64,000 nt of DNA from Fibrobacteria bacterium (GTDB lineage Bacteria; Fibrobacterota; Fibrobacteria; UBA5070): contig DATNIW010000042.1 in the NCBI GenBank assembly GCA_035604215.1, forward strand, positions 1,975-65,974, in the 5' to 3' direction. This document shows positions 20,322 through 29,836 of this stretch, one piece after another. The position numbers and the translations under genes are program-made. The notes beneath the pieces were generated by a model. That model had not been told where the DNA came from and made no database searches. It was given only the letters and a program-made list of their open reading frames with translations. Each line of letters opens with the position of its first letter. Positions within the stretch are counted from its first letter, which is position 1.

Positions 20322-21446
20322 ATGAAATCGAGGAATTTGAACTTTGGGATGGTCGTGACAGTGGCTGCCTTGTCCATGGCGCGTCATCCACAAGCCGCAC
20401 CGGATCCGAACTTCTACGTCTTCCTCGCCTTCGGCCAGTCGAACATGGACGGCCAGGCTCCCGATGCGAGCCAGGACGACGCCATCGACAGCCGCTTCAA
20501 GGTCCTTTCTCCCGAGGCATCCTGCAGCTTCACCGATGCCACGACGAGCGGAAAACGGACCCAAGGACAATGGTCTCCGGCGATCGCCCCCATCGTGCGC
20601 TGCGACACCCACCTGGGACCCCTCGATTGGTTCGGCAGGACCTTGGCCGACAGCCTGCCTCTCGCCGACACCATCGGCGTCGTTCCCGTGGCCATCGACG
20701 GAACCGCGATCACGGGCTTCGATCCCAGCACCGGCGCTTCCTACTACACCAGCAATCCGGGATACATGCTGAACGAAGCCGACGAATATCCGAACGGGAA
20801 CCCCTACGCCCAACTGCTGGCCATGGCGAAAGTCGCCCAGCAGACAGGCGTCATCAAAGGAATCCTGCTGCACCAGGGAGAAACAGACGCGTACAACTCC
20901 GCCTGGGCGACCGAGGTCGACAAGATCTACACCAGCCTGCTCTCTTCGCTGGGTCTGTCCGCCGCCAACGTGCCGTTGCTCGCGGGCGAAGTCGCCCCGA
21001 CCGGTTCATCTTCGGGGGCGAACCCCACCATCGACGCCCTGCCCAAGACCATCTCGACGGCCCACGTGATCTCGTCCGCGGGACTGGCCATCGGAACCTA
21101 TTCCGGTGCGCAAAACGTCCATTTCTCGGCGGATTCATACCGGACCTTGGGCGCTCGCTACGCCCAGGAGATGTACAGTCTTCTTCCGAAGGGCACTTCC
21201 GTGGAGCCCGGAGCGCATGTCGGAATTCCCGGGCTTCGCGTGGAGTCGTCCGCGCAAGGCCTGGTGATCCTTTCCGATGTCGCGTTCGACCGGGTTTCCC
21301 TGGTGTCCGTTCGCGGCGACGAGGTGGGCTTGGGGTCCGGAAAGGAGGTCCGCATCCTGCCCGGTCAGCTCCGGCCTGGCGTCAACTTCCTGCGGGCCCG
21401 TTCCGGCGACATGCAGGAAGTCCGCAAGATCCTGGTGGAGCGCTGA
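20322..21446 (+). CDS. Secreted SGNH/DUF303 carbohydrate esterase (CE6 / sialate O-acetylesterase-like), copy 1, with C-terminal sorting-like domain
   Basis: Start at MKSRNLNFGMVVTVAALSMA (signal peptide). Motifs FGQSNMDGQ and LLHQGETD. The C-terminal ~75 aa (VSLVSVRGDEVGLGSGKEVRILPGQLRPGVNFLRARSG...) resemble a T9SS type A tail. Confidence 0.78.
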   Translation: MKSRNLNFGMVVTVAALSMARHPQAAPDPNFYVFLAFGQSNMDGQAPDASQDDAIDSRFKVLSPEASCSFTDATTSGKRTQGQWSPAIAPIVRCDTHLGPLDWFGRTLADSLPLADTIGVVPVAIDGTAITGFDPSTGASYYTSNPGYMLNEADEYPNGNPYAQLLAMAKVAQQTGVIKGILLHQGETDAYNSAWATEVDKIYTSLLSSLGLSAANVPLLAGEVAPTGSSSGANPTIDALPKTISTAHVISSAGLAIGTYSGAQNVHFSADSYRTLGARYAQEMYSLLPKGTSVEPGAHVGIPGLRVESSAQGLVILSDVAFDRVSLVSVRGDEVGLGSGKEVRILPGQLRPGVNFLRARSGDMQEVRKILVER

Positions 21447-21669
21447 CTCGGACTTTGTGGACAGGAACCGGATCCCTGCCGCACGGACGGCGAGTGGAAA
21501 CGCCCCCCACAGCCGACCAAGGCTCCGTATTTTCTGAGGGAACCAAGCTCGAAATCCGCGGGGATCCTTTTCCCCCCAGCGGTTCCACGCCGGAGAGGGT
21601 GAAGGACCGTTCTGGTGTCCATGGCGCACCTCGGAGAACTTGAACCTGCCCATTCCCGGAGGACCTGCG

Positions 21670-22773
21670 ATGAAGAGACCAATTCTGCGTGCCGGAGCGA
21701 TCGGGCTTCTCGCCTGCCTCGCCTTGTCCCACAGGGCGGGAGCCCAGGTGGATCCCAACTTCTACGTGTTCCTCGCCTTGGGGCAGTCGAACATGGAGGG
21801 GAACGCCGCCCTTCCGACCCCGGCCGTGACCCTGAGCACCCGATACCAGGAATTGTCTCCGGTCACCTGCTCCGGCTCCGGAGTGACCAGAACCGAGGGA
21901 CAGTGGACCACCGCGGCCTCCCCGATCGTCCGGTGCGACACCAAGTTCAGCCTGTTGGAATACTTCGGGAAGACCCTCACCGACAGCTTGCCGACCAACA
22001 TCCGGATAGGGATCGTTCCGGTGGCGGTGGCGGGAGTGCGGATCACGGGACTGTATCCGGTCGCCAACGTGGCGTACTACACCGGTTCGGCGGCCCGAGG
22101 CGAAGGTTACATGGCCACCATCGCGGCCGAATACGGCGGCGACACCTACGCGAGACTGGTGGCGATGGGGAAAGTGGCGCAGCAGACCGGCGTCATCAAG
22201 GGAATCCTGTTCCACCAGGGCGAGTCCTGGGCGGGGGGAAACCCCCTGTGGCCGGACTCCGTCAAGACGATCTACAACGGCCTGCTCTCCGATCTGGGAC
22301 TGAAGGCCGCGGACGTGCCCTTGCTCGCCGGCGAGACGGCGACCAACACGGGAGCCAACACCGCGATCGACGGACTCCCCAACACCATCCCGACGTCCTA
22401 CGTCATCTCTTCCCAGGGCCTCCCCTACCAATCGGACGGTCTGCACTTCACGGTGCCCGGATACGAGACCTTCGGGACGCGTTACGCGGTCCAGATGCTC
22501 GGTCTCCTGAGGAAGGCTTCCACATCCATCGAACCGGGCACGCATTCGGAAATTCCGGGGTTGAGCGTCACGACCTCGGAACGGGGCGTGGTCATCCGTT
22601 CCGACGTGGCGATGGACCGGGTCTCCCTGGTGGCTGTCGACGGCCGACAGGCGGACTTGGGATCGGGAACGGAGGTTCGGATCCTTCCCGACCGGTTCCA
22701 ACCCGGAGTGTATTTCCTTCGGGCCGCATCCGGTGCCTTGGTGGAAACCCGGACGCTGTTGATCTCCCGCTGA
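21670..22773 (+). CDS. Secreted SGNH/DUF303 carbohydrate esterase (CE6-like), copy 2 (tandem paralogue)
   Basis: Start at MKRPILRAGAIGLLACLALS. Motifs LGQSNMEGN and LFHQGESW. Collinear with copy 1 along its whole length, including the C-terminal tail (VSLVAVDGRQADLGSGTEVRILPDRFQPGVYFLRAASG). Confidence 0.78.
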   Translation: MKRPILRAGAIGLLACLALSHRAGAQVDPNFYVFLALGQSNMEGNAALPTPAVTLSTRYQELSPVTCSGSGVTRTEGQWTTAASPIVRCDTKFSLLEYFGKTLTDSLPTNIRIGIVPVAVAGVRITGLYPVANVAYYTGSAARGEGYMATIAAEYGGDTYARLVAMGKVAQQTGVIKGILFHQGESWAGGNPLWPDSVKTIYNGLLSDLGLKAADVPLLAGETATNTGANTAIDGLPNTIPTSYVISSQGLPYQSDGLHFTVPGYETFGTRYAVQMLGLLRKASTSIEPGTHSEIPGLSVTTSERGVVIRSDVAMDRVSLVAVDGRQADLGSGTEVRILPDRFQPGVYFLRAASGALVETRTLLISR

Positions 22774-22825
22774 GACGCGAAGTTCCCAAGAGAGGGGGCC
22801 TCGTGCGCCACCCCTCCCCCGGCTT

Positions 22826-22840
22826 TTGTAAAATCAACAA
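22826..22840. promoter_or_regulatory. Related palindrome TTGT-AAAATCA-ACAA upstream of the CE4 gene
   Basis: Shares the TTG..TAAAATC..AAC core with the 18326 site. It lies 121 nt upstream of ATG 22961. Confidence 0.3.
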
Positions 22841-22960
22841 GCGGAGCCAACACATCCGGCGATAAATTCCTGCGGTAGCCCGCTGGCTTGCACGGGTCGA
22901 AGCGATAGGCGTTCCGACACCGGCGACTTGGCGCTCGGATCCCTTCAAGGAGTCGGAATC

Positions 22961-24178
22961 ATGAAGAAGACCAAGTTCGCGACGAGCATGGCGCTCCTGG
23001 TAGGTACCACCGCCACTTTCGCCGGCCCTGTGACCACCGTGCCCTGGAACGGCAACACCGGAGCCGTGAGCTTCACCTACGACGACGGCCGTCCCAGCCA
23101 ACTCACGAACCTCGTCCCGCAATTGGACAATCTCGGCATCAAGGTGACCTTCTTCCTGGCCTACGGCATCTACAACTTCCCCGGGAACGAAAGCCAATGG
23201 ACCGCGGTCGCGAAGAAGGGTCACGAACTGGCGAACCACACCTACGACCACAACACGCCCACCAGCACCAATGTGGTGCAGATGGCCACGGTCCTGCGCG
23301 GAATGGATCCCAGCATCGAGGCCGTGAGCTTCGCTTACCCGAACTGCACCGTCACCAACGAGAGCTACGTGAGCGCCGAGGCCTTCATCGGGAGAGGCTG
23401 CGGATCGACGACGTACGCCTGGGGAACCCAACCCTCGGATTGGGAGAACGTCCAGGGGTTGATCGTGACGAGCTCCAACATTTCGCCCGCCACCACCCTG
23501 ATCAATTCCGCCAAGTCCGGCAATTCCTGGGCGGTGATCCTCAACCACGACGTCGAGACCTCCGGAAGCGACATCTACTACCTCACCCCGACCGACAACC
23601 AGACCATGCTGAATTCCGCGATCACCGCGAAGGTGTGGGTGGCGCCCTACGGAACCGTCGGCGCGTACTACCGCGCCCACTTCACCATGGACGCGGTGAC
23701 GGCCTCCGGATCCGGCCCCACGTGGAACCTCACATGGACCTCGCCGCACCCCAAGATGCCCAAGAGCGTGATGCTCAAGGTGAAGCTGGACGCCAACACC
23801 TTCGGATCCTCCCCCGTGGTCACCCAGGGCGGAACCGCGGTCGCCGCCAACTCGGATGGTTCCTTCACCATCGACTTCATGAAGCTCGCGATGACCATTT
23901 CCAAGACCGGCAGCACCGGACTGCTCGTGGACGGATCCATTCCGGCTTCCCTCCGAGGCTCCGAGGTCGGTGACGGGCTTGTCCTGTCAGGTCTTCCGGT
24001 GGGCTCCTACCGGTTGGAATTCCGCACCCTCTCGGGCGCCATCCTGTCCAGTTCCACCATCCAGTCCACGAGCGCCCAGCCGATCACGGTATCTTCGCCG
24101 GTCCATGGCCGGAGCGTGTTGGTGGTCTTGTCGCGCAAGGGTGCGAAGGACTTCTCGGCCCCCGTCTGGGTGCCCTGA
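22961..24178 (+). CDS. Secreted polysaccharide deacetylase (CE4, NodB homology domain) with C-terminal beta-rich extension
   Basis: AAGGAG RBS before ATG 22961. Signal peptide MKKTKFATSMALLVGTTATFA. Motifs FTYDDG and HTYDH. About 170 aa of C-terminal non-catalytic region ending in GLPVGSYRLEFRTLSG...VLVVLSRKG. Confidence 0.75.
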   Translation: MKKTKFATSMALLVGTTATFAGPVTTVPWNGNTGAVSFTYDDGRPSQLTNLVPQLDNLGIKVTFFLAYGIYNFPGNESQWTAVAKKGHELANHTYDHNTPTSTNVVQMATVLRGMDPSIEAVSFAYPNCTVTNESYVSAEAFIGRGCGSTTYAWGTQPSDWENVQGLIVTSSNISPATTLINSAKSGNSWAVILNHDVETSGSDIYYLTPTDNQTMLNSAITAKVWVAPYGTVGAYYRAHFTMDAVTASGSGPTWNLTWTSPHPKMPKSVMLKVKLDANTFGSSPVVTQGGTAVAANSDGSFTIDFMKLAMTISKTGSTGLLVDGSIPASLRGSEVGDGLVLSGLPVGSYRLEFRTLSGAILSSSTIQSTSAQPITVSSPVHGRSVLVVLSRKGAKDFSAPVWVP

Positions 24179-24223
24179 CCCGCCGGATCCCGCTTCGACC
24201 AAGCCGCGCTTTCGCGCAATCCC

Positions 24224-24252
24224 TCCCATCCCGCGGAACGCGCGGAATGGGA
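24224..24252. terminator. GC-rich hairpin between convergent CE4 gene and ilvC (putative bidirectional terminator)
   Basis: TCCCATCCCGCG-GAACG-CGCGGAATGGGA forms a 12-bp stem with one C/A mismatch and a 5-nt loop. No U-tract. Confidence 0.35.
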
Positions 24253-24284
24253 ACCCTGGGCGATTCCGCTGGTGACGGATCCGG

Positions 24285-25301
24285 TCAGTTGATTTCCTTG
24301 ACGTCGATCCACTTCATGTTCTTGCGCAGATGCTTGCCCACCGTCTCCACCTGGAGCTTGCGTTCGGCGGCCTGCTTCTCGCGGAAGTTCTTCATGCCGT
24401 TGACGTGGACCTCATCCATCCAGTCCTTGGCGAACTTGCCCTTCTGGATCTCCGTCAGGGCCTTCTTCATGGCCTTGCGGGTGGCGTCGGTCACGATCTT
24501 GGGGCCCGTGGTGTAGTCGCCGAACTCAGCGGTGTTGGAGATGGAGTGGCGCATCCAGGAGAGCCCGCCCTGGTAGATCAGGTCCACGATGAGCTTCACC
24601 TCGTGAACGCACTCGAAGTAGGCCATCTCCGGGGCGTACCCGGCGTCCACCAGGGTCTGGAAACCGTTCTTGATCAGCTCGGACAGGCCGCCGCACAGGA
24701 CCACCTGCTCGCCGAACAGGTCGGTTTCCGTCTCTTCCTTGAAGGTGGTCTCGTACACGCCGCCGCGGATGGCGCCGATGCCCTTGGCATGGGCGAGGGC
24801 GGTCTCCTTGGCCTTGCCGGACGCGTCCTGGTGCACGGCGATCAGTCCGGGAACGCCTCCGCCCTTCTCGAACTCGGAACGCACCAGGTGACCCGGGCCC
24901 TTGGGAGCCGAGAGGATCACGTCCACGCCCTTCGGGGGCTTGATGTACTTGAAGTGGATGTTGAATCCGTGCGAGAAGATGAGCGTCTTCCCCTTGGTCA
25001 GATGGGGCAGGATGTCGGTCTCGTAGATCTTGGCCTGGACTTCGTCGGGAAGCAGGATCTGGATGAAGTCGGCCTTGGAGGCGGCTTCCGCGGCGGTGAA
25101 CAGGGTGACGCCCGGCTTGAAGCCGTGCTTGACCGCGAGCTTGTAGTTGTCGGACCCCTTGCGCTGGCCCACGATGACGTTGACTCCGGAGTCGCGCAGG
25201 TTCTGCGCCTGGGCGTGTCCCTGCGAGCCGTAGCCGATGACCGCGATCGTCTTCTTCTTGAAGGGGGCCAGGGACCCGTCCTTGTTCGTGTAGACCTTCA
25301 T
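24285..25301 (-). CDS. ilvC: Ketol-acid reductoisomerase (class I)
   Basis: 338 aa. [33 protein letters not shown] and [11 protein letters not shown]. Confidence 0.95.
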   Translation of the reverse strand: MKVYTNKDGSLAPFKKKTIAVIGYGSQGHAQAQNLRDSGVNVIVGQRKGSDNYKLAVKHGFKPGVTLFTAAEAASKADFIQILLPDEVQAKIYETDILPHLTKGKTLIFSHGFNIHFKYIKPPKGVDVILSAPKGPGHLVRSEFEKGGGVPGLIAVHQDASGKAKETALAHAKGIGAIRGGVYETTFKEETETDLFGEQVVLCGGLSELIKNGFQTLVDAGYAPEMAYFECVHEVKLIVDLIYQGGLSWMRHSISNTAEFGDYTTGPKIVTDATRKAMKKALTEIQKGKFAKDWMDEVHVNGMKNFREKQAAERKLQVETVGKHLRKNMKWIDVKEIN

Positions 25302-25376
25302 GTGTCTCTCCGATAGATGTGGGTAAAGCGCGAAGGGTGGAAATAGTAGAACCTGGAACAGGCGTCGCGGATCGGC

Positions 25377-26405
25377 TCAACGCTGTGGATAGACGCAGCG
25401 GAACCCGATGGCTCCATTGTAGCGGCCATCCGGCCGGAAGCCGTCGCGATAGGCGGCGCGCCCCCCGTCAGGGCTCGAAAGCCAGCTCCCGCCGCGGATG
25501 ACCCGGCCGGACCCCGAGTCGGGACCCTGGGGATTTTGCGAGGCCGAATGCGCGTAGGCGTCCGCCGCGTACCAGTCGGAGGTCCATTCCCAGACGTTTC
25601 CCGCCATGTCGAATAGACCCCAGCGGTTGGGCCGGTACCCACCCGCCGGCGCCACCAGGGGTTCGCCGTCGTCGCAGGGAAAGACTTTCCAGGCAGGGAG
25701 CATCCGCTCCAGGCTTTTGTCGGCGAGATTCGCGTACAGGCATGACTTGGCTGCGGTATCGCCCCAGATGTACGCCCCGGAGTCCCCGGCGCGCGCCGCG
25801 TATTCGTATTCCGCTTCGGTGGGGAGGCGACCGGATCGGCTGTGACAGAAATCGGCGGCTTCGTCCCAGGTCACGAACCAGGCGGGCGCGCGAGGATCGG
25901 AACCCGCGCAAGTGGGTCCCGTGCAGAGGAGCCACGGCGACTGTCCGGTCGCGGCCACGAAGACCTTCTGCGTGACCGGCAACCGATCCATCCGGAAGGA
26001 ATCCAGGCATACCCGGTGGCGCGGATGCTCGTTGGCGTTCCCGAAACCCTCCGGACTGCCCATCCAGAAGCATCCGGAGGGGATGTCCACGGTGCGAGGA
26101 GAAGACGTTCGCGCCTTGGGCGCGGTTTTCGTCTTGCCCGTCGGATGGACCGCGTGCGCCGAATGTGCCGTTTTCCCCGTGTTGGACGACGCGGGAGCGT
26201 CCCTCGGGACGTCGATGTCCAGGTAGACGGACGAATCGGCAGCGAAGGCGGTGGTGTCGAGGTGCGAAGCGGCCGGTGTCGGGCCGGAGCCCGAGACCGA
26301 ATCCGTCGCGGAACCGGCAAGTGAACCCGCGAGAGCCGCCAGGGTCGCGGCCAGGAAGAGCGCGGCACCCTGTCTCCGTATCCTGTTCGGGGAACATCCG
26401 TTCAC
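25377..26405 (-). CDS. Secreted formylglycine-generating-enzyme (SUMF1/FGE-sulfatase) domain protein
   Basis: 342 aa. N-terminal signal/hydrophobic segment, then a low-complexity linker, then CFWMGSPEG...HPRHRVCLDSFRMDRLPVT, LPTEAEYEYAAR, GNVWEWTSDWY and RVIRGGSW. Confidence 0.8.
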   Translation of the reverse strand: MNGCSPNRIRRQGAALFLAATLAALAGSLAGSATDSVSGSGPTPAASHLDTTAFAADSSVYLDIDVPRDAPASSNTGKTAHSAHAVHPTGKTKTAPKARTSSPRTVDIPSGCFWMGSPEGFGNANEHPRHRVCLDSFRMDRLPVTQKVFVAATGQSPWLLCTGPTCAGSDPRAPAWFVTWDEAADFCHSRSGRLPTEAEYEYAARAGDSGAYIWGDTAAKSCLYANLADKSLERMLPAWKVFPCDDGEPLVAPAGGYRPNRWGLFDMAGNVWEWTSDWYAADAYAHSASQNPQGPDSGSGRVIRGGSWLSSPDGGRAAYRDGFRPDGRYNGAIGFRCVYPQR

Positions 26406-26432
26406 GACAGGTTCCTCCTCGGAACGAAGTCC

Positions 26433-27833
26433 CTATCGGATCCGTTCCCTCAGGTACGCTTCCACCTGGTCGATCCCCACCCGATCCTGCGTCATCTTGT
26501 CGCGCTCGCGGATCGTGACCGTGTCCTTCTTGTCGGCCTCGCCCTGGCCTACGGTGTCGAAATCGACCGTGACGCAGAAGGGTGTCCCGATCTCGTCCTG
26601 GCGACGGTAGCGCTTGCCCACCGCCTGCGTCTCGTCGTATTCCACGGGAAAGCTGTCCAACAGATCGTGGTACAGCTTCTGGGCGACCTCGGACTGCTCC
26701 GGCTTCTTGTAGAGCGGGAGAACCGCGGCCTTGACCGGGGCCACGCGCGGCGCGAAGCGGAGGACCGTGCGGTCCTCGCCGTTTTCCAGGCGCTCCAGGT
26801 CGTAGGCGTCGCACAGCGTCATGAGGGCCAGGCGGTCGGCGCCCAAGGCGGGCTCCACCACCCAGGGGACATATCGTTCGTTGGTCACCTTGTCGTGGTA
26901 GCGCATGTCCTGGCCGGAATGCTCTGCGTGCTGCTTGAGGTCGTAGTCGGTGCGGCACGCGATGCCCCACAGCTCGCCCCACCCGAATGGAAACTCGTAC
27001 TCGATGTCGCAGGTGCCGGAGCTGTAGAAGGAGAGCTCCTCCTTCTCGTGCTCGCGCAGACGCAATTTGTCGCCGCCGATCCCGACCACGCCGGTGAGGA
27101 AGTTCATGCAGTAGTCCTTCCAGTGCGCGTACCAGCGGGCGTCATCGCCGGGGTTGCAGAAGAATTCCAGTTCCATCTGCTCGAATTCGCGGGTGCGGAA
27201 GGTGAAGTTGCCGGGCGTGATCTCGTTGCGGAACGACTTCCCGATCTGCCCCACGCCGAAGGGCACCTTCACGCGGGCGCCTTCCACGATGGACTTGAAG
27301 TCCACGAAGATGCCCTGGGCCGTTTCGGGGCGCAGGTAGACCTCCGCACCGGCGCCTTCCACGACGCCCTGTTCGGTCTTGAACATGAGGTTGAAGGCGC
27401 GCGGCTCGGTCCAGTCCAGCTTCCCGCAGGAAGGACAGACGATCTTGTGCTCGTTGACCAGCGCGAACAACTCGGCGTTGGACTTTCCGGCCACGGCGCT
27501 GGAGCCCAGCTTGGCTTCCACCAAGTGGTCGGCGCGTTCGCGGGCGCGGCACTTCTTGCAGTCCATGAGGGGATCGGAAAAGCTCTTCAGGTGGCCCGAC
27601 GCCTCCCAGACCTTCGTGTTGAGCAGGATGCCGGAATCCAGGCCCACCACGTCGTCGCGGCGGGTCACGAAATGCTTCCACCACAGGTCCTTGAGGTTCC
27701 GCTTCAGTTCCACGCCGTAGGGGCCGTAGTCCCACGTGTTGGCCAGACCTCCATAGATCTCCGAGCCGGGGAACACGAACCCGCGGCGTTTGGAGAGGGA
27801 GACGATGTCCTTGAGGTCGGTGAGCTTGGTCAT
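26433..27833 (-). CDS. glyQS: Glycyl-tRNA synthetase (dimeric GlyQS type)
   Basis: Last 466 codons of ORF 26433..27983, starting at MTKLTDLKDIVSLSKRRGFVFPGSEIYGGLANTWDYGPYG. FRNEITPGNFTFRTREFEQMELEFF matches class II motif 2. Confidence 0.93.
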   Translation of the reverse strand: MTKLTDLKDIVSLSKRRGFVFPGSEIYGGLANTWDYGPYGVELKRNLKDLWWKHFVTRRDDVVGLDSGILLNTKVWEASGHLKSFSDPLMDCKKCRARERADHLVEAKLGSSAVAGKSNAELFALVNEHKIVCPSCGKLDWTEPRAFNLMFKTEQGVVEGAGAEVYLRPETAQGIFVDFKSIVEGARVKVPFGVGQIGKSFRNEITPGNFTFRTREFEQMELEFFCNPGDDARWYAHWKDYCMNFLTGVVGIGGDKLRLREHEKEELSFYSSGTCDIEYEFPFGWGELWGIACRTDYDLKQHAEHSGQDMRYHDKVTNERYVPWVVEPALGADRLALMTLCDAYDLERLENGEDRTVLRFAPRVAPVKAAVLPLYKKPEQSEVAQKLYHDLLDSFPVEYDETQAVGKRYRRQDEIGTPFCVTVDFDTVGQGEADKKDTVTIRERDKMTQDRVGIDQVEAYLRERIR

Positions 27834-28039
27834 TCTTGGCGTCGTCGCGTCCGCGGGTTGCGGTTCGCGCCTTTCAGGTCTGTGTCCGGGTGTTCCGGCT
27901 GGATGTCGGTCCGGTCCGTTCGAAGCCCGGGAAAGGTAGATCGAGACGTCCTCCGGACAGCCTCCCGAGAGCATCGGCTCCATTCCCGGCTCGGATTCCA
28001 GTACTTTGAAACGATCTCATCGCAAGGACGGTCCATACC

Positions 28040-28501
28040 ATGCCCAAGACCATCGTCGATCCCGGTGTGCGGTCCTCCCTGTCGTTCAGGATCCTGCTCC
28101 TGACTCCGAACGCCGAGCGCCATTGGGGAACCATGGACGCGGGACAGATGCTTCGCCACGTCGCCGCCGGCATGGAGCAGGCGCTGGGGCGCAAGGAAGA
28201 CGAGGACGCGAGCAATCTGCTGCTGCGCACGGTGGGCAGGGTCGCGATCCTGCGCATCCTCCCGAAATTCCCCCGGGGCCTTCCCGCCTCCAAGGCGATG
28301 AGCCAGACCGGGGTGGTCGTCGACCCCGTGAAATTCGACGAAGACAGGAATCTGGTCCTCGCGCTTTTGGAAGAGTGCGGTGCCTGGCCTGCCGACCGTC
28401 CCATGCCCGCCCACCCCGCCATGGGTCCGTTGAGCAACACCGAGCGTGGAATCCTGACCTGGAAACATCTGGACCACCACCTGAGGCAGTTCGGGGTCTG
28501 A
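28040..28501 (+). CDS. DUF1569 (DinB-like superfamily) protein
   Basis: 153 aa. HW..M...QML.H and a C-terminal HPAMGPLSNTERGILTWKHLDHHLRQFG pattern. Confidence 0.6.
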   Translation: MPKTIVDPGVRSSLSFRILLLTPNAERHWGTMDAGQMLRHVAAGMEQALGRKEDEDASNLLLRTVGRVAILRILPKFPRGLPASKAMSQTGVVVDPVKFDEDRNLVLALLEECGAWPADRPMPAHPAMGPLSNTERGILTWKHLDHHLRQFGV

Positions 28502-28528
28502 GATTCCCGCGAGGGAGTGGGATGCCCC

Positions 28529-29728
28529 TCAGCCCTTCCGCAGAAACAGGATCCCCACCCACGCCCAGGTGAGGAGGCAAGGCGCCATGGCGAGCGCGCC
28601 CCATCGCGCCGGACGCGGATGGACTGCCACGGCCCAGAGGGCGACGAACGCGGGGAGCAAGTGGAACAGGAGTCGCGCCTCGCTCTCCACGTACTCCAGG
28701 GAATAGGGAACCATGGCGGCCACGCCCAGGAGGATCGCCGCTCCGGGAAGCCAGGTCGATGGGTCCCGAAAGCGTTTCCAGCGCAAAGCCAGCGGAACGA
28801 TCCAACTCGCGGATGCCAGGGCGAACAAAGTCCGGGGAACCGGGTGGACCACCCAATCCATGTCCATGGGAAACCAGAGGCTGGTGGAGAAGTAGAGCAC
28901 GAGCATCTTCAGCACCCGGATCTTTTCCAACGTGCCGAACGCGGAGCCGGGCGCCCCGTGCCCCACCTCCAGGGCCATCCAGCTACCGTAGAGGTGGTGG
29001 TTTCGCAGGTACCAGGGGAAGGCCACCAAGAGCCCGATGCCCACGGCCAGCACCGCACGGAGCAACTTCCCGGGCCGGAATCCGTCCGCCGAGAATGGAG
29101 GGAATGCCGCCAGGAGGGGCAGCGGCAGAAGGGTCAGCCCGGAGCTCTTGGAGAGCATCAGTCCGGCGGCGAGCGGCGCGAGCGCCCAAGCTCGTCCTCC
29201 CCTGGCGAATTCCACCGACACCAGGAGGAATGCCGCTCCCAGGAGCCAGAAGATGGGGTCGTTGCTCACCAGGACTCCCTGGTAGCAGAACCCCGGGTGG
29301 AGGGCGAGGAGCCATGCCGCCCAGTTTTCCGCGCCCGGCGCGATCCGGCGCACCAGGAGCCATGCGACGAAAATCGTCGCCGCGCCCGAGAGGGCGTCCA
29401 GCAGCCGGGCGAACAGCCACCCCTGACCCGGTCGCACCGCTTCGCCCAGCCTCCAGGCCGGGACCAGAGCCAGGTACGATAGAGGAGGCTGGTAGTACTC
29501 GAAGTCGCCCCGCGCGAAGGCCCCGGGCACTTCCACGGAGTTCACCTGGACGGGAAACGAGCCGTCCGATGCGAGATGCCGGACGTAGTTGGCGTGGGCG
29601 CGCTCGTCGTTGTACCACGAGAGGCCGCCGGACCGCGTCTCGAAACGGGTGGGCACCTCGAAGGCGAGGAAGAGGCGCAAGGCCGAAGCGACCAGGAGTG
29701 CGCTCGCCAAAGGGAGTGTCCGGTTCAT
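28529..29728 (-). CDS. Polytopic membrane glycosyltransferase (GT39/GT83, ArnT/PMT-like)
   Basis: Last 399 codons of ORF 28529..30769, starting at MNRTLPLASALLVASALRLFL. About 10 predicted TM segments. An early loop carries YNDERAHANYVRHL. The upstream part of the ORF is antisense to hisC. Confidence 0.55.
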   Translation of the reverse strand: MNRTLPLASALLVASALRLFLAFEVPTRFETRSGGLSWYNDERAHANYVRHLASDGSFPVQVNSVEVPGAFARGDFEYYQPPLSYLALVPAWRLGEAVRPGQGWLFARLLDALSGAATIFVAWLLVRRIAPGAENWAAWLLALHPGFCYQGVLVSNDPIFWLLGAAFLLVSVEFARGGRAWALAPLAAGLMLSKSSGLTLLPLPLLAAFPPFSADGFRPGKLLRAVLAVGIGLLVAFPWYLRNHHLYGSWMALEVGHGAPGSAFGTLEKIRVLKMLVLYFSTSLWFPMDMDWVVHPVPRTLFALASASWIVPLALRWKRFRDPSTWLPGAAILLGVAAMVPYSLEYVESEARLLFHLLPAFVALWAVAVHPRPARWGALAMAPCLLTWAWVGILFLRKG

Positions 29729-29836
29729 GTGTTCCCCAATCTTAGCCACCGCCGGGCGCCTCTCCCGAAGTCCCGGATTTTCGGATCCCCCGGAAAGTTG
29801 CCGGAATCGGGAACAGGGTTGCTTATTGGAAGGAGC

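Noticed and set aside
27834-28039. Possible T-box or other leader upstream of glyQS
   Set aside because: I looked for the conserved T-box sequence (AAUUAGGGUGGUACCGCG-like) and a specifier/antiterminator arrangement on the minus strand and found none. The 206-nt leader remains unexplained but unsupported as a riboswitch.
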